DNA of 64,000 bases from a candidate division FCPU426 bacterium (GCA_963840035.1 CAWIXE010000002.1:896001-960000), one strand, 5' to 3'. Counted from the first letter of the stretch, positions 42,077-51,350 are shown. The notes: generated by a model from the sequence alone, not told the origin. Numbers and translations are program-made.

Positions 42077-42090
42077 GCCAGCCTTTCATA

Positions 42091-42495
42091 TTAACCCATC
42101 ATCTTCTTTGCCCAGTTAAAGTACCTGTCCGTTCTTTTATAAATTTCTTCAGCCTCTTTTTTCGTAAATATCCTGTCCATATACTCAACCTGATTTTTCA
42201 TCGCGATTATCCTTCCAAGCGCCGCGGCTTCATTGCCGGCTGAGCGGCCCAGTTTCTCTTCCATGAGCTTTATCACATCCCGGTGGTCCTTGCTTGTGCT
42301 CCTTATGCCGCATTTCTTTGCAAGGACGGCATCCGTGGCTGATATGGCGCAGTGCACGGCTTCAAGGCCTACTGAGTACCAGTTTTCATCTTTGTATGCG
42401 GCATTCATCGCCCTGAAAAAAGCGGACGCCTTATCCATGTATACGGCATGGCTTGAGTTTTCCACGTTTTCAAAGCCGCCATGTTTTATGTTCAT
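42091..42495 (-). CDS. HEPN domain protein (MNT-HEPN toxin)
   Basis: AVHCAISATDA, DH, KNQVEY helical HEPN pattern; overlaps the MNT stop. Confidence 0.8.
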   Translation of the reverse strand: MNIKHGGFENVENSSHAVYMDKASAFFRAMNAAYKDENWYSVGLEAVHCAISATDAVLAKKCGIRSTSKDHRDVIKLMEEKLGRSAGNEAAALGRIIAMKNQVEYMDRIFTKKEAEEIYKRTDRYFNWAKKMMG

Positions 42496-43106
42496 TTTAT
42501 CAGTTCCCCCATGTTCTTACCGTAAATCACCGTACCTGACCTGAATATTTCCATTACAAGCCCGTTCTTTTTCTTATAAGCGCCGCGGAATTCCGGGACG
42601 CTTAATATGGCCGGAGACAGCACATTACCGTATTTAGCGATAAAAAATCCGGATGCTTTGGATATCCTGTCGGCTGCCGCCTCTTTTTTATCAGCATCCC
42701 TGACCACCATCATGATGTCTATGTCGCTTTCCGCCGAATCTTTGCCTTTTGCCACGCTTCCGAAGAGTATTATGGATACAGTATCCGCTTTTGCCAGCCC
42801 TGCCAGGTCATGCGCAAGTTCTATCTTCAGATTTTCCTCAGCTTTAAATACCGGCTCGATTATGTCCCGCACATTAATATTGGACCTGTTTAAGGCATAA
42901 ACCGCGGTCCTGCCGCTTCCGTCCCTTTTTATGACGCCCAGCGCCGCCAGTTTCTTTAACTCAGAGGAGCAAGACTGGTGATTGATTCCCGCCATCCGCG
43001 CAAGAGCGCGGCCGGAATGAAGCCCCTGTGCCCCGCATAGCGCAGCGAGAAGCTTAATGGCTGTTTTATTTGAAAAAACACTTAATACCGCATTTTTAAA
43101 GATCAT
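42492..43106 (-). CDS. HTH + minimal nucleotidyltransferase (MNT) antitoxin
   Basis: SGRALARMAGI HTH; ILFGSVAKG....SDIDI; ATG 43106 after GGGG RBS. Confidence 0.85.
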   Translation of the reverse strand: MIFKNAVLSVFSNKTAIKLLAALCGAQGLHSGRALARMAGINHQSCSSELKKLAALGVIKRDGSGRTAVYALNRSNINVRDIIEPVFKAEENLKIELAHDLAGLAKADTVSIILFGSVAKGKDSAESDIDIMMVVRDADKKEAAADRISKASGFFIAKYGNVLSPAILSVPEFRGAYKKKNGLVMEIFRSGTVIYGKNMGELIK

Positions 43107-43126
43107 AGCCACCCCTGTCTTGTTTT

Positions 43127-43180
43127 GCAGACAATTGTCTGCTTTTATAGACAGTATATATCCTTTTACGCCCTTGTCAA
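43127..43180 (-). promoter_or_regulatory. Promoter and palindromic operator of the MNT-HEPN operon
   Basis: TTGACA-16 nt-TATACT on minus; perfect 16-bp palindrome GCAGACAATTGTCTGC at 43127-43142. Confidence 0.65.
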
Positions 43181-43344
43181 CATGAAAATTACAGCCAGAT
43201 AACACAATCCCCAACACCGTACCTTGACTCAAGAAATTATTCAAATAAACGTCTTATTTTATTGGCCATGTTGCTATTTCTGCGTAAATAAGCGAAAAAT
43301 ATGTGTCAAAAAGAACCGGCCTTTCCTAATAATTAAATAATGCT

Positions 43345-44121
43345 TTATTCACAATAAACAAAATACGCGCTTATCGACGTCGCGATGGGGTTCGTCGCGT
43401 ATGTGCCGCTTGCCGGCAAGCCTGCCGAAAAATCCGACCATGCAGAGCCGCACGCGTACAGCCCATTTCCGTCTGATATCAGGATAGACCCCTCAGCAAC
43501 CGTGCCTATCCAGTAGGTGCCGGCGTTTAATGTCGTCAAGGGGAAAACAAAGGCATTAAAAGAGTTATAAGTCATGGCAACGCCGGAAGTTTCGCTTATC
43601 AAAGCGCCCGGCGAGCCTGTGTTGTCCGCATATATCCCTATCCTGTACTGTTTTCCTATATTGCCGGCTTCATTTCCCACGCCGAACATGACGTAATTGA
43701 AAGTGATATCTGAAGCCAGCGTATAGCTGCTTATCAGCATGCAATTGGAGGCCCAGTTGTAGGAAACGGCCATATTCCCGATAAGGTTTCCGCCGCACAC
43801 CAGCGAAGTGGGAGTCACCGTGCAGGTGGCAGTCGCGGTCTCAGTGGCAGTCTCAGACACAGTGCCGGTGCATGTAGCCGAGCTTGTTTCCGTAATCGTA
43901 ATGGTTCCGGTGAGCGTGACGGTCATCGTCGGCGTTTGAGATGCTGTTGCGGTTTCCGTCATAGTCCCCGTTTGAATTATTGTCCGCGTCATGGTAACTG
44001 TAGCCGTCATTTCTCCCACCGCAGTGTTCTCCGGCCCTGACGGCGCTTTTTTATTGCATCCGTAACAAATCAACAAAAAAACTGCCAATAAGATCATGTT
44101 TTTTTCATACTTCCCCTCCAT
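43345..44121 (-). CDS. Thr-stalk lipoprotein (start ambiguous; possible slip in an A7 tract)
   Basis: YGCNKKAPSGP lipobox, Thr-rich stalk, C-terminal domain similar to that of 13772..14695. Confidence 0.68.
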   Translation of the reverse strand: MEGKYEKNMILLAVFLLICYGCNKKAPSGPENTAVGEMTATVTMTRTIIQTGTMTETATASQTPTMTVTLTGTITITETSSATCTGTVSETATETATATCTVTPTSLVCGGNLIGNMAVSYNWASNCMLISSYTLASDITFNYVMFGVGNEAGNIGKQYRIGIYADNTGSPGALISETSGVAMTYNSFNAFVFPLTTLNAGTYWIGTVAEGSILISDGNGLYACGSAWSDFSAGLPASGTYATNPIATSISAYFVYCE

Positions 44122-44191
44122 TTTATCCCGGTGTCCGGTATTAAATCAACAACACTGTGCCTTGACAATTGACTTTGCTCAAACGTAAAAA

Positions 44192-44375
44192 GGTGTCAGA
44201 CCTGATTCATGATTCTATCCTTCGACAGGCTCAGGATTATATTTCCTCTGCCGCAGGCATGCCTATCCCGCATAGTTATTTTATGGATTGTTTGAAAAGA
44301 ATCTTCCCGATAACCCCGGTTCACCATCACAGCTCCCAGTTTTCAGTCGTATGCCCCACAAGCCATCCTATCACA
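44192..44375. repeat. ~180-bp non-coding repeat, second copy at 51080-51255
   Basis: Shared CCTGATTCATGATTCTATCCTTCGACAGGCTCAGGATT, TCTGCCGCAGGCATGCCTATC, TTATGGATTGTTTGAAAAGAATCT and GTATGCCCCACAAGCCATCCTA. Confidence 0.8.
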
Positions 44376-44420
44376 ATATGCAGTACATTGCAACCAATAC
44401 CGGTTTGTCGTTATTGTACA

Positions 44421-45620
44421 CGTAAGTTGCAACAATTAAAACCCCACCCCAACCAACTGAGGCATTTTTCTTGTAAAGATTTGATTTGTCATTTGTGTCG
44501 CAGTTTCGTATCCAATTACCTTTCTGGGGTAATTGTTCATCCATGTCTCTATTTTCTTGATTTCCTTATTGCTTATAGGGCCTATGCTGGTTCCCTTGGG
44601 TATAAACCGTCTTATCATCCTGTTTGAGTTCTCGTTTGTACCTCTTTCACAGGAACAATAAGGGTGAGCAAAATATATATTTGTCCTTTTTTGTCCATTA
44701 AATACTTTGCTGGCTTCTAAAAACTCCCAGTTCAAGAACTCCGAGCCATTATCTGCCGTGATACTCTTAAAAATATCCTTAAAATTTTCTTTGTATTTCT
44801 GTTCCAACTTCGTCAGAACTCTGTCGACTTCTTCATTTGAGGCTGACTTCATTTTCTCAATTATTTCCTTTCTTGTCTTCCTTTCACTCAACGTCAACAA
44901 ACATTTTTTATCCCCTTGCTTTCCTTTGACGCAATCGATTTCCCAGTGACCGTATTCAGATCTTTCATTGGCCTCTTTTGGTCTGTCTTCTATGCTCTTG
45001 CAAAGTCTGTTCTTATCGAAAACACGCACTCTTTTGTTCTTGTTTTTCCTTTTGCGTTTCATCCATAAATCCTCATTGCTTATGCCATAAAAAACTTCTT
45101 TGCCTATATAGTTATAAATGGTTTTTGCACTTAAAGTCACAGTAAATTTCTGTTCTTTGTTCTTGATTGTTGCTGCAACCGCGGCCGGAGAGTATCGGTC
45201 TTTCTTTATGGTTAGTTCTATGTATTCAGCCAGTTTGTGGTCGCTGCCTATCTTTAATCCTGGTCCTTTGTGCTTTGACTTTTCATCATGTATTTCCTGG
45301 CCTATGTGCGCTTTATATACCTTCCGGGTTGTTAAATCACTATTCAACAGCTCAATCGTGCCTCTTTTTATCTCTCTGTTTATCGTCCTGTGATTTCTAC
45401 CCAACAAACGGCCTATCTCGCGACCTGTTAATTTCTTCTGCCGTAAAGCCTCAATCTTGTATCTTTCGCTTTCCCTTAAATACGTTCTTGTGGTACTATT
45501 TACTTGTCCCATCAGTCCAGCTCCTTTGGTTTATGTTTGGTCGCACTTACATAATACCATCAGTTGTTCTGTTGGGACTTTTTCTTTTTCTATGTGGGGT
45601 TTTTCATCTTACACTTTTTA
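44421..45620 (-). mobile_element. IS30-family insertion sequence (1200 bp) with 16-bp flanking direct repeats
   Basis: Imperfect IRs ending AAAACCCCA/TGGGGTTTT; TTGTCGTTATTGTACA at 44405-44420 and 45621-45636. Confidence 0.82.
44436..45512 (-). CDS. IS30-family DDE transposase
   Basis: LGRNHRTINREIKRG HTH, GHWEID, SITADNGSEF, ERGTNEN.NRMIRRFIPKG, NNYPRK. Confidence 0.95.
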   Translation of the reverse strand: MGQVNSTTRTYLRESERYKIEALRQKKLTGREIGRLLGRNHRTINREIKRGTIELLNSDLTTRKVYKAHIGQEIHDEKSKHKGPGLKIGSDHKLAEYIELTIKKDRYSPAAVAATIKNKEQKFTVTLSAKTIYNYIGKEVFYGISNEDLWMKRKRKNKNKRVRVFDKNRLCKSIEDRPKEANERSEYGHWEIDCVKGKQGDKKCLLTLSERKTRKEIIEKMKSASNEEVDRVLTKLEQKYKENFKDIFKSITADNGSEFLNWEFLEASKVFNGQKRTNIYFAHPYCSCERGTNENSNRMIRRFIPKGTSIGPISNKEIKKIETWMNNYPRKVIGYETATQMTNQIFTRKMPQLVGVGF

Positions 45621-45695
45621 TTGTCGTTATTGTACATAATAGTGTGTAAATTCATTTTGGCCGTTAATTATGTTTGTTTCCATTATAAACGGCTT

Positions 45696-45785
45696 CCCCC
45701 CTCTCCTCTTTAGGAGAGGGGCAGGGGTGAGGTGAAACCAATTGGCTTGTTCCCCTCACCCTACCCTCTCCCATATGGGAGAGGG
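45696..45785. repeat. Inverted pair of CCCTCTCC..GGAGAGGG / CCTCACCC palindromic repeats
   Basis: CCCTCTCCTCTTTAGGAGAGGGGCAGGGGTGAGG ... CCTCACCCTACCCTCTCCCATATGGGAGAGGG. Confidence 0.7.
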
Positions 45786-46006
45786 AAAAAATAACAAATC
45801 AGTTTACACACAATTAATGACAGTATCCGGTTTGTCGGGTGCCGGAGTCTGTATTCCCATTTCAATCCCTCGCGTCTTCTCAGAGGCCTCTCAGTCGAAC
45901 CGGGGTCGGGCTTTCACATTTTTCGAGTCAATTTTCCTATATAAATGTTGCCATATTATACAGGTTTCTGTATACTACATGCAAAATTACACCCTGGGAG
46001 ATCAAT

Positions 46007-46693
46007 ATGAAAAAAGTTCTCGTTCCTTTGTTTGTTTTATTCGTTGTTTTGCACGCCATTATCGCCGGATGCAAGAATAACCCGGCCCCTGCAGGCCCGT
46101 CCGGCCCTTCCGGCACGGCTACAGTAACGGCTACCTGCACTTTATCGCCTACAATTACATGCACGCCTTCAGCGTCAGCCACCGTTACCCCCACCATCAC
46201 CCCGAATAATTCAGCCGCGTCATTTGACTTTGAAAGCGGCACCCAGGGCTGGGGAAATACGGGATACGCGGCTGTCATAGACGAATCCCTGAGCACTGCC
46301 AGAGCGCACGGAGGCGCCTCGTCGATTATGATCAGCTGCAGTTTCACCAATACAAATTATATGGTTTCGCTTGTAAAGTATTTTTTCCCGGATTACTACA
46401 ACTTCAAGGGAAAGACTTTTTCAGCGTGGATATATGTCCCGGCAACGATGGGAATATTGTCCCCTTCGTACAGCACCCGGCTTTATATGTGCGACCTGAG
46501 CGGATGGCATTACGTGGTCGGCCCGGCGCTCACATCAACGGACATGTGGCAAAATATAACTATATCCGTCCCTGATGACATGGCCATGGATAATTATATT
46601 CAAAGGATAGAATTCTGGGTATGTAAATCATTACCGTCGACAACACCTGACTGGACCGGGATTATTTACCTGGATGATGTGTCTTGGTTTTAG
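46007..46693 (+). CDS. Thr-stalk lipoprotein with carbohydrate-binding-like domain
   Basis: GGGAG RBS, IAGCKNNPAP, FDFESGTQGW...SAWIYVP...IYLDDVSW. Confidence 0.75.
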   Translation: MKKVLVPLFVLFVVLHAIIAGCKNNPAPAGPSGPSGTATVTATCTLSPTITCTPSASATVTPTITPNNSAASFDFESGTQGWGNTGYAAVIDESLSTARAHGGASSIMISCSFTNTNYMVSLVKYFFPDYYNFKGKTFSAWIYVPATMGILSPSYSTRLYMCDLSGWHYVVGPALTSTDMWQNITISVPDDMAMDNYIQRIEFWVCKSLPSTTPDWTGIIYLDDVSWF

Positions 46694-47094
46694 TCCTCCA
46701 GAGCAATTAGCTAATTACGCGATACAGGACACGGCATCCAGTTTTACTTCCAGTCCGGCCTGCTTCTGCCTATGACATTATTGGACAATACAAGCGGTGT
46801 GTTTCCGTCAACGAGATTTCCAACACCGTGACTTGACAATTGGCATTGTTCAAATAAACGCCATATTTAATTGGCCACGCTGCTATTTCTTCGTAACTTT
46901 CCATACCAACACAATCCAACACCATACCCAACGAAATCTCCCTTTTCACAAATTGGGGTCCCCTTCGGAAAGCCCGGGGTTTTCTATACATTGGCAATCT
47001 CCCGAGCCTGTCGAAGGAGACCCAACCCCGTGAAACATTTCGCCGCCTCCAACCAATTCACAAACATACGATCGCCCCGGTTCCGTTTAAAACA

Positions 47095-47742
47095 TTATTT
47101 AAAATTATCCAGTATTTTTCCGCGCATATTTTTGTATTCCTCTTCCGTGATAACTTTTTTATCTTTCAGCGCTTTAAGGTCATTCAGTTTCTGCTCCAGA
47201 GGGGAGACGGATGTGGCTGCCTCAGGCTGACCGGCTGTGGACACGGCCTTTTGACGAAAATATTTGTCACACGATGTATTCTCAGATGGCGGCATCTTGC
47301 CCCATTTATCATGGAACTTTTCGTCCCCTCCCGACGCTTCTTCCGCAGTTTTACCCCCTGACAGAACTTTATATTCAAAATACCTCAGTATCTGTTCCTT
47401 ATCAAAGAGAAACCAGTACTCAGTCCCGCTATTCACGCTGTATTCCTCGGCTTCCGTCACTGATGACGCGTCAGAGAAATAATCCCCGTCCTTGTACTGT
47501 GTCTTGAAGCGCTGCTTTGTGACGGCTTTTAAGTTGCCAAATTCTATTGCTATCATGTCGCAGTTGCCTATGCTTCCGCCCGGCTGCGGGCAGCAGGTTC
47601 CGGACATGGCGGCCAGTACGTCCGCATATGTGGCAGTGCCCACCATAGGCTTGAACTTATCCTTTACCTTATGGTTTACAGTTGCACATCCGTTCAAAAG
47701 AAAAAAAGATATTGTTAAGACCAAAGCAAACATCCTTTTCAT
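47095..47742 (-). CDS. Lipoprotein with C-terminal SHOCT domain
   Basis: LNGC lipobox; LNDLKALKDKKVITEEEYKNMRGKIL. Confidence 0.78.
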   Translation of the reverse strand: MKRMFALVLTISFFLLNGCATVNHKVKDKFKPMVGTATYADVLAAMSGTCCPQPGGSIGNCDMIAIEFGNLKAVTKQRFKTQYKDGDYFSDASSVTEAEEYSVNSGTEYWFLFDKEQILRYFEYKVLSGGKTAEEASGGDEKFHDKWGKMPPSENTSCDKYFRQKAVSTAGQPEAATSVSPLEQKLNDLKALKDKKVITEEEYKNMRGKILDNFK

Positions 47743-47869
47743 CGCAAACCTCCCACACCTGACTATTTGTTTTTAATGATAAAGTCTCATCACTTCAACC
47801 CCACTGCTAAACCCATTAAAAATGGCGTCAGACAGAACCCGAATCATGAACATTTCGCGAAAGAGTCAG

Positions 47870-48568
47870 TTAGTAATCAAAGTCCACGCTGTCGACGTAA
47901 ATATTACCGCCTGTGACAACTGGCAGGCTTTCATTTCTTGCGAATATCCATATGCCTTCCAGGAGGGCTTGTGCGCCCGTCGGAGGTGGATTTGCGGCTG
48001 TGTCCCATACAAAGTGCTGCCATTCCCCGGTGCCGTCCGCATAGCCAAGGTTTTGCCAGTGTGTAAAAAATAAAAGCGTACTCATGCCTATGCCTATTTG
48101 GTATCCCGCCATGCCCGGCGGGCATTTGATGTAAAAGCTTATGACGTGTCCTGTCACATCTAAGCCGCCCGGATAATAACAATAAAATATTTCATCGCCT
48201 GTATCCACAGCGCTATACATGGATCCGGGCGGGTCAAAATAATTCCCGGAGGTATAACCCAGGCTATTCAACGAACTAAACGTCCAGTTGGGTAATTCCG
48301 CGGCCGATGAAAAAGAATAATCAGCGCCGGGTATAACCGCGGTAGCGGTTTCAAGCGGCGTGTTTGTATTTGTGGCTGTCGAAGTAGGCGTTGCCGTGGC
48401 GGTTATAGTGGAAGTAACCGTTATAGTAGCCGTATCAGCCGGAGTGGCAGTCATGGTTACAGTTGAGGAAGGTGTAATACCGGCCAAAGGATTAGCAGGA
48501 GACTTCTTCTTACATGAAACAAGAGATAAAGCAATAACCGCAACAAGTAAAAAAGCTAACTTTTTCAT
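47870..48568 (-). CDS. Thr-stalk lipoprotein with CBM-like domain
   Basis: LVSCKKKSPANP, Thr-rich stalk, ...IYVDSVDF. Confidence 0.75.
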   Translation of the reverse strand: MKKLAFLLVAVIALSLVSCKKKSPANPLAGITPSSTVTMTATPADTATITVTSTITATATPTSTATNTNTPLETATAVIPGADYSFSSAAELPNWTFSSLNSLGYTSGNYFDPPGSMYSAVDTGDEIFYCYYPGGLDVTGHVISFYIKCPPGMAGYQIGIGMSTLLFFTHWQNLGYADGTGEWQHFVWDTAANPPPTGAQALLEGIWIFARNESLPVVTGGNIYVDSVDFDY

Positions 48569-48920
48569 TTTTCCTCCGTTAATTTATATGTCATTCCCGC
48601 ACGAAAAATTGGTGTCAGTGGCTGATTCATGATTCTATTACAACAACACAAACAGACCTATCCCACAAAGCAACTAAATGGTTTGTCTGAAAAGAATTGT
48701 CCTCAAATATTAAATCCCGCATATCCCCTCCGCGCAGTCAGGAACCGAATTTAAGTATGTCTTATTATACCACTTCGGGGCTTATTTGTAATTGACCTTT
48801 TAGGCATTCCAGTCGGTCACACTGCCATCCAATTCACAAACCGGGGACAGTCCCCATTTTGTGAATTAGCTGTTAAAATCATTCACAAAAACAAATCTGT
48901 AAATTACCCCTGTTTTTGCT

Positions 48921-49130
48921 TTATGTCATGTCCGTTGTTTTTACCGTCCTGCCGGACTTGTCATATGTCACCCATTTGCCCGTCTGTTTACCATCCTTAA
49001 ACCATCCCTGCCGCATTTTGGAGCCGTCTTTCCTGTACCATTCCCAGTACCCGTGCTTTATGTCTTTTTCCAGGTTCCCTTTCGCATATATACTGCCATA
49101 CTTATTTGAGCGTGTAGTTAAATCAACTCC
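48921..49130 (-). pseudogene. 5'-truncated MORN-repeat/YwqK-like small gene
   Basis: Hand translation ..YGSIYAKGNLEKDIKHGYWEWYRKDGSKMRQGWFKDGKQTGKWVTYDKSG..*; no in-frame N-terminal start; begins at the family A copy at 49131. Confidence 0.6.
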
Positions 49131-49255
49131 CAGGACCGTGCCTCGACAATAGACATCGTCCCAAAATCCGCCTTATTTTATTGAACCAAGGTCTTTGAGC
49201 AAAAATGTGGCTGTCCCTTTTTTACTATAACAGGCCCGACGCTATTATTTTGACT

Positions 49256-49948
49256 TTATTTTTCTTTTGACAGCAATCCCTGCCCCAAAAAAACCGTTAC
49301 TGCCGCAAACATAAATATGGATAAAACCATTAAAATTATGGCCGCTTTTGGCGCAAACCACAGAAATGGTATGTTTGCTATGAACAGCAGTATGCTTCCG
49401 AAAACCGTATATGAAAACGCTTTCCATGTTTTAAAAAATGCAACGGCATATATAAAAAACGCTGTATAGGCAAGCGTAAATCCGGCTACGTCATATGACA
49501 AATACTTTAATGTTTCCACTTGCCTCAGATAAAGCATAACATCGGGAGAAATACCTGCCAAATGGCCCTGAAATCGATATATGCCGGCGCCAAAAACAGG
49601 CAAATTATTCATGATTTCCATAAGTAAAGATATCCCTAAAAGTGATTCCGCAAAAATCACAGCATAAGGATTTGAATCAAACTTCTTTACAGCAAACATA
49701 ACGCTGACCGGGAAGAATGAAAAAGCATATAACAATATCAGCATTGATTGAACCAAAGAAAAAACAGAATCTATCCCGGAACTATTTTGGGCCGCCGAAG
49801 GTATAAACCCTCCCGGGCTGACTTTTGGCATTACAACAATATAGGAAATACCATATCCGACAAGACCAATAACGGTAAGTATTCCAAGCATGTAAAAAAC
49901 TTTTTTAAACATTTCACTACGTTCGGCATTATTGTCCTTTGCTTTCAT
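49256..49948 (-). CDS. Hypothetical 6-TM membrane protein
   Basis: 230 aa, multiple hydrophobic helices, AGGAG RBS. Confidence 0.7.
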   Translation of the reverse strand: MKAKDNNAERSEMFKKVFYMLGILTVIGLVGYGISYIVVMPKVSPGGFIPSAAQNSSGIDSVFSLVQSMLILLYAFSFFPVSVMFAVKKFDSNPYAVIFAESLLGISLLMEIMNNLPVFGAGIYRFQGHLAGISPDVMLYLRQVETLKYLSYDVAGFTLAYTAFFIYAVAFFKTWKAFSYTVFGSILLFIANIPFLWFAPKAAIILMVLSIFMFAAVTVFLGQGLLSKEK

Positions 49949-50284
49949 TGCATCATGCTCCTTGAATAAATTGTCCGGCTTAAAGTAAAAAGTGTCCGGT
50001 GTCAGACCTTGCTTAGAGCATTAATAATTTTAATTTGCTTTGTATATACTCCAAACAGGGTCTGACGCCTTCCGCATTTGCGGCCCGCCTGCCGAAGGCA
50101 CCACAAGGGGGGGTGGCAATTTGCCCCCACCCTTTCAGAAATCCACAACACTGCCTTAAATCTCCAACACCGTGCCCTGACATTAGATATTCTAGCAAAA
50201 TCCGCTATATTTTATTGAAATTTATTCTAAATCTTATGTTACCCATAAAATTAATTTACAAGGTCCGATACCCACAATTTCATT

Positions 50285-50923
50285 CTATAACTTAACCGCC
50301 TTAAACGCGATTCTTACTTTCACAGTCTTTGGTTTTTTAGCCTTCCTGTAGCTAATCCCATCCTTATTTAAGACACCAATCTTCACTCCTGCATTATAAG
50401 ACAATTCCTCCACAGTCACCGCCCCTGTCTGTTCAATAACTTTCCTAAGCACAGCCGAGCACCCTTCGGCGTCGCTTTTTGCGTCGTGGTGGTTTAGTTT
50501 GTGTCTGACATGTTTGCACACTGTGGGTAGTTTGTGGTTTTCGAGCTGTTTCCACAGCTTCTGTGTCAGCTTGCAGGTGCAGATGAATTCTGTTTCAGGG
50601 AGATCAAGCGCGTAAAGATTGACAAGCGCGCGGAGCACCTTTGAATCAAAAACGGCAAAATGGGCGGCAAGGGTCGAGCTGGCAAATAGAGGCTTCATTT
50701 TTCCGTATATTTCAGGAAATTCAGGCTTATTTCTGACATGGGAAGGTTTTATGCCGTGTATGCTGATAAAATCATGCCTGAACTCCGAGTAGTCCACATG
50801 GGGCCGTATTAATGAGGATCCGGATTCCAGTAATTTTCCATCTTCCAAAAGCGCATACCCGATGGAACAAGCGCTTTCCGGATTATAATTGGCTGTTTCA
50901 AAATCAATACAAAGAACCCGCAT
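50285..50923 (-). CDS. DEDDh 3'-5' exonuclease (DnaQ/Pol III epsilon-like)
   Basis: IDFETAN, IHGI, AHFAVFD, HHDAKSDA. Confidence 0.88.
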   Translation of the reverse strand: MRVLCIDFETANYNPESACSIGYALLEDGKLLESGSSLIRPHVDYSEFRHDFISIHGIKPSHVRNKPEFPEIYGKMKPLFASSTLAAHFAVFDSKVLRALVNLYALDLPETEFICTCKLTQKLWKQLENHKLPTVCKHVRHKLNHHDAKSDAEGCSAVLRKVIEQTGAVTVEELSYNAGVKIGVLNKDGISYRKAKKPKTVKVRIAFKAVKL

Positions 50924-51079
50924 AAACCCTCCATTGTTCTGGTATATGAAACTTGGGGCGATGCTCTAGCCGTTAGTTCCCCTTCCGACATGTTCTTCGC
51001 ACATCACGGTTTTTGTGGATATGCTTTTAAATGAAATCCCTGTGTCATTATACGGAGATATAATTATCAACACAAAAAA

Positions 51080-51350
51080 GGCGTCAGGGCCTGATTCATG
51101 ATTCTATCCTTCGACAGGCTCAGGATTCTGCCGCAGGCATGCCTATCACGCATATTTGTCTTATGGATTGTTTGAAAAGAATCTGCCCCGTCATTCCGGT
51201 TAAGCATCATAGCTCCCGTTTATATTAGTATGCCCCACAAGCCATCCTACCACACCCACACCCCCAATACAACCCCACCCCTCAACGTTATTGCACACTT
51301 TGGGGTCAGCCCCCCCCAAGTGTGCAATAACCATTCTTGAGCCCTATTAT
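51080..51350. repeat. Second copy of the ~180-bp repeat followed by the hairpin GTTATTGCACAC..GTGTGCAATAAC
   Basis: Direct similarity to 44192-44375; hairpin at about 51287-51331. Confidence 0.72.

Larger units (their letters stand above)
31765..50225 (-). repeat. Dispersed co-oriented intergenic element (family A), 11 copies
   Basis: Plus-strand core CAACACCGTGCCTTGAC(AATT/TCAA)GAC at 31765, 33853, 34507, 36727, 40194, 41895, 43212, 44150, 46821, 49131 and 50165, usually followed by ..TTCAAATAA.CGCCTTATTTTATTG. Confidence 0.88.

Noticed and set aside
31765..50225. Classical integron attC sites (the end contains GTTGGG, close to GTTRRRY)
   Set aside because: No RYYYAAC inverse core was seen after the upstream stops examined, there is no overall hairpin symmetry, and no IntI tyrosine recombinase is in the window
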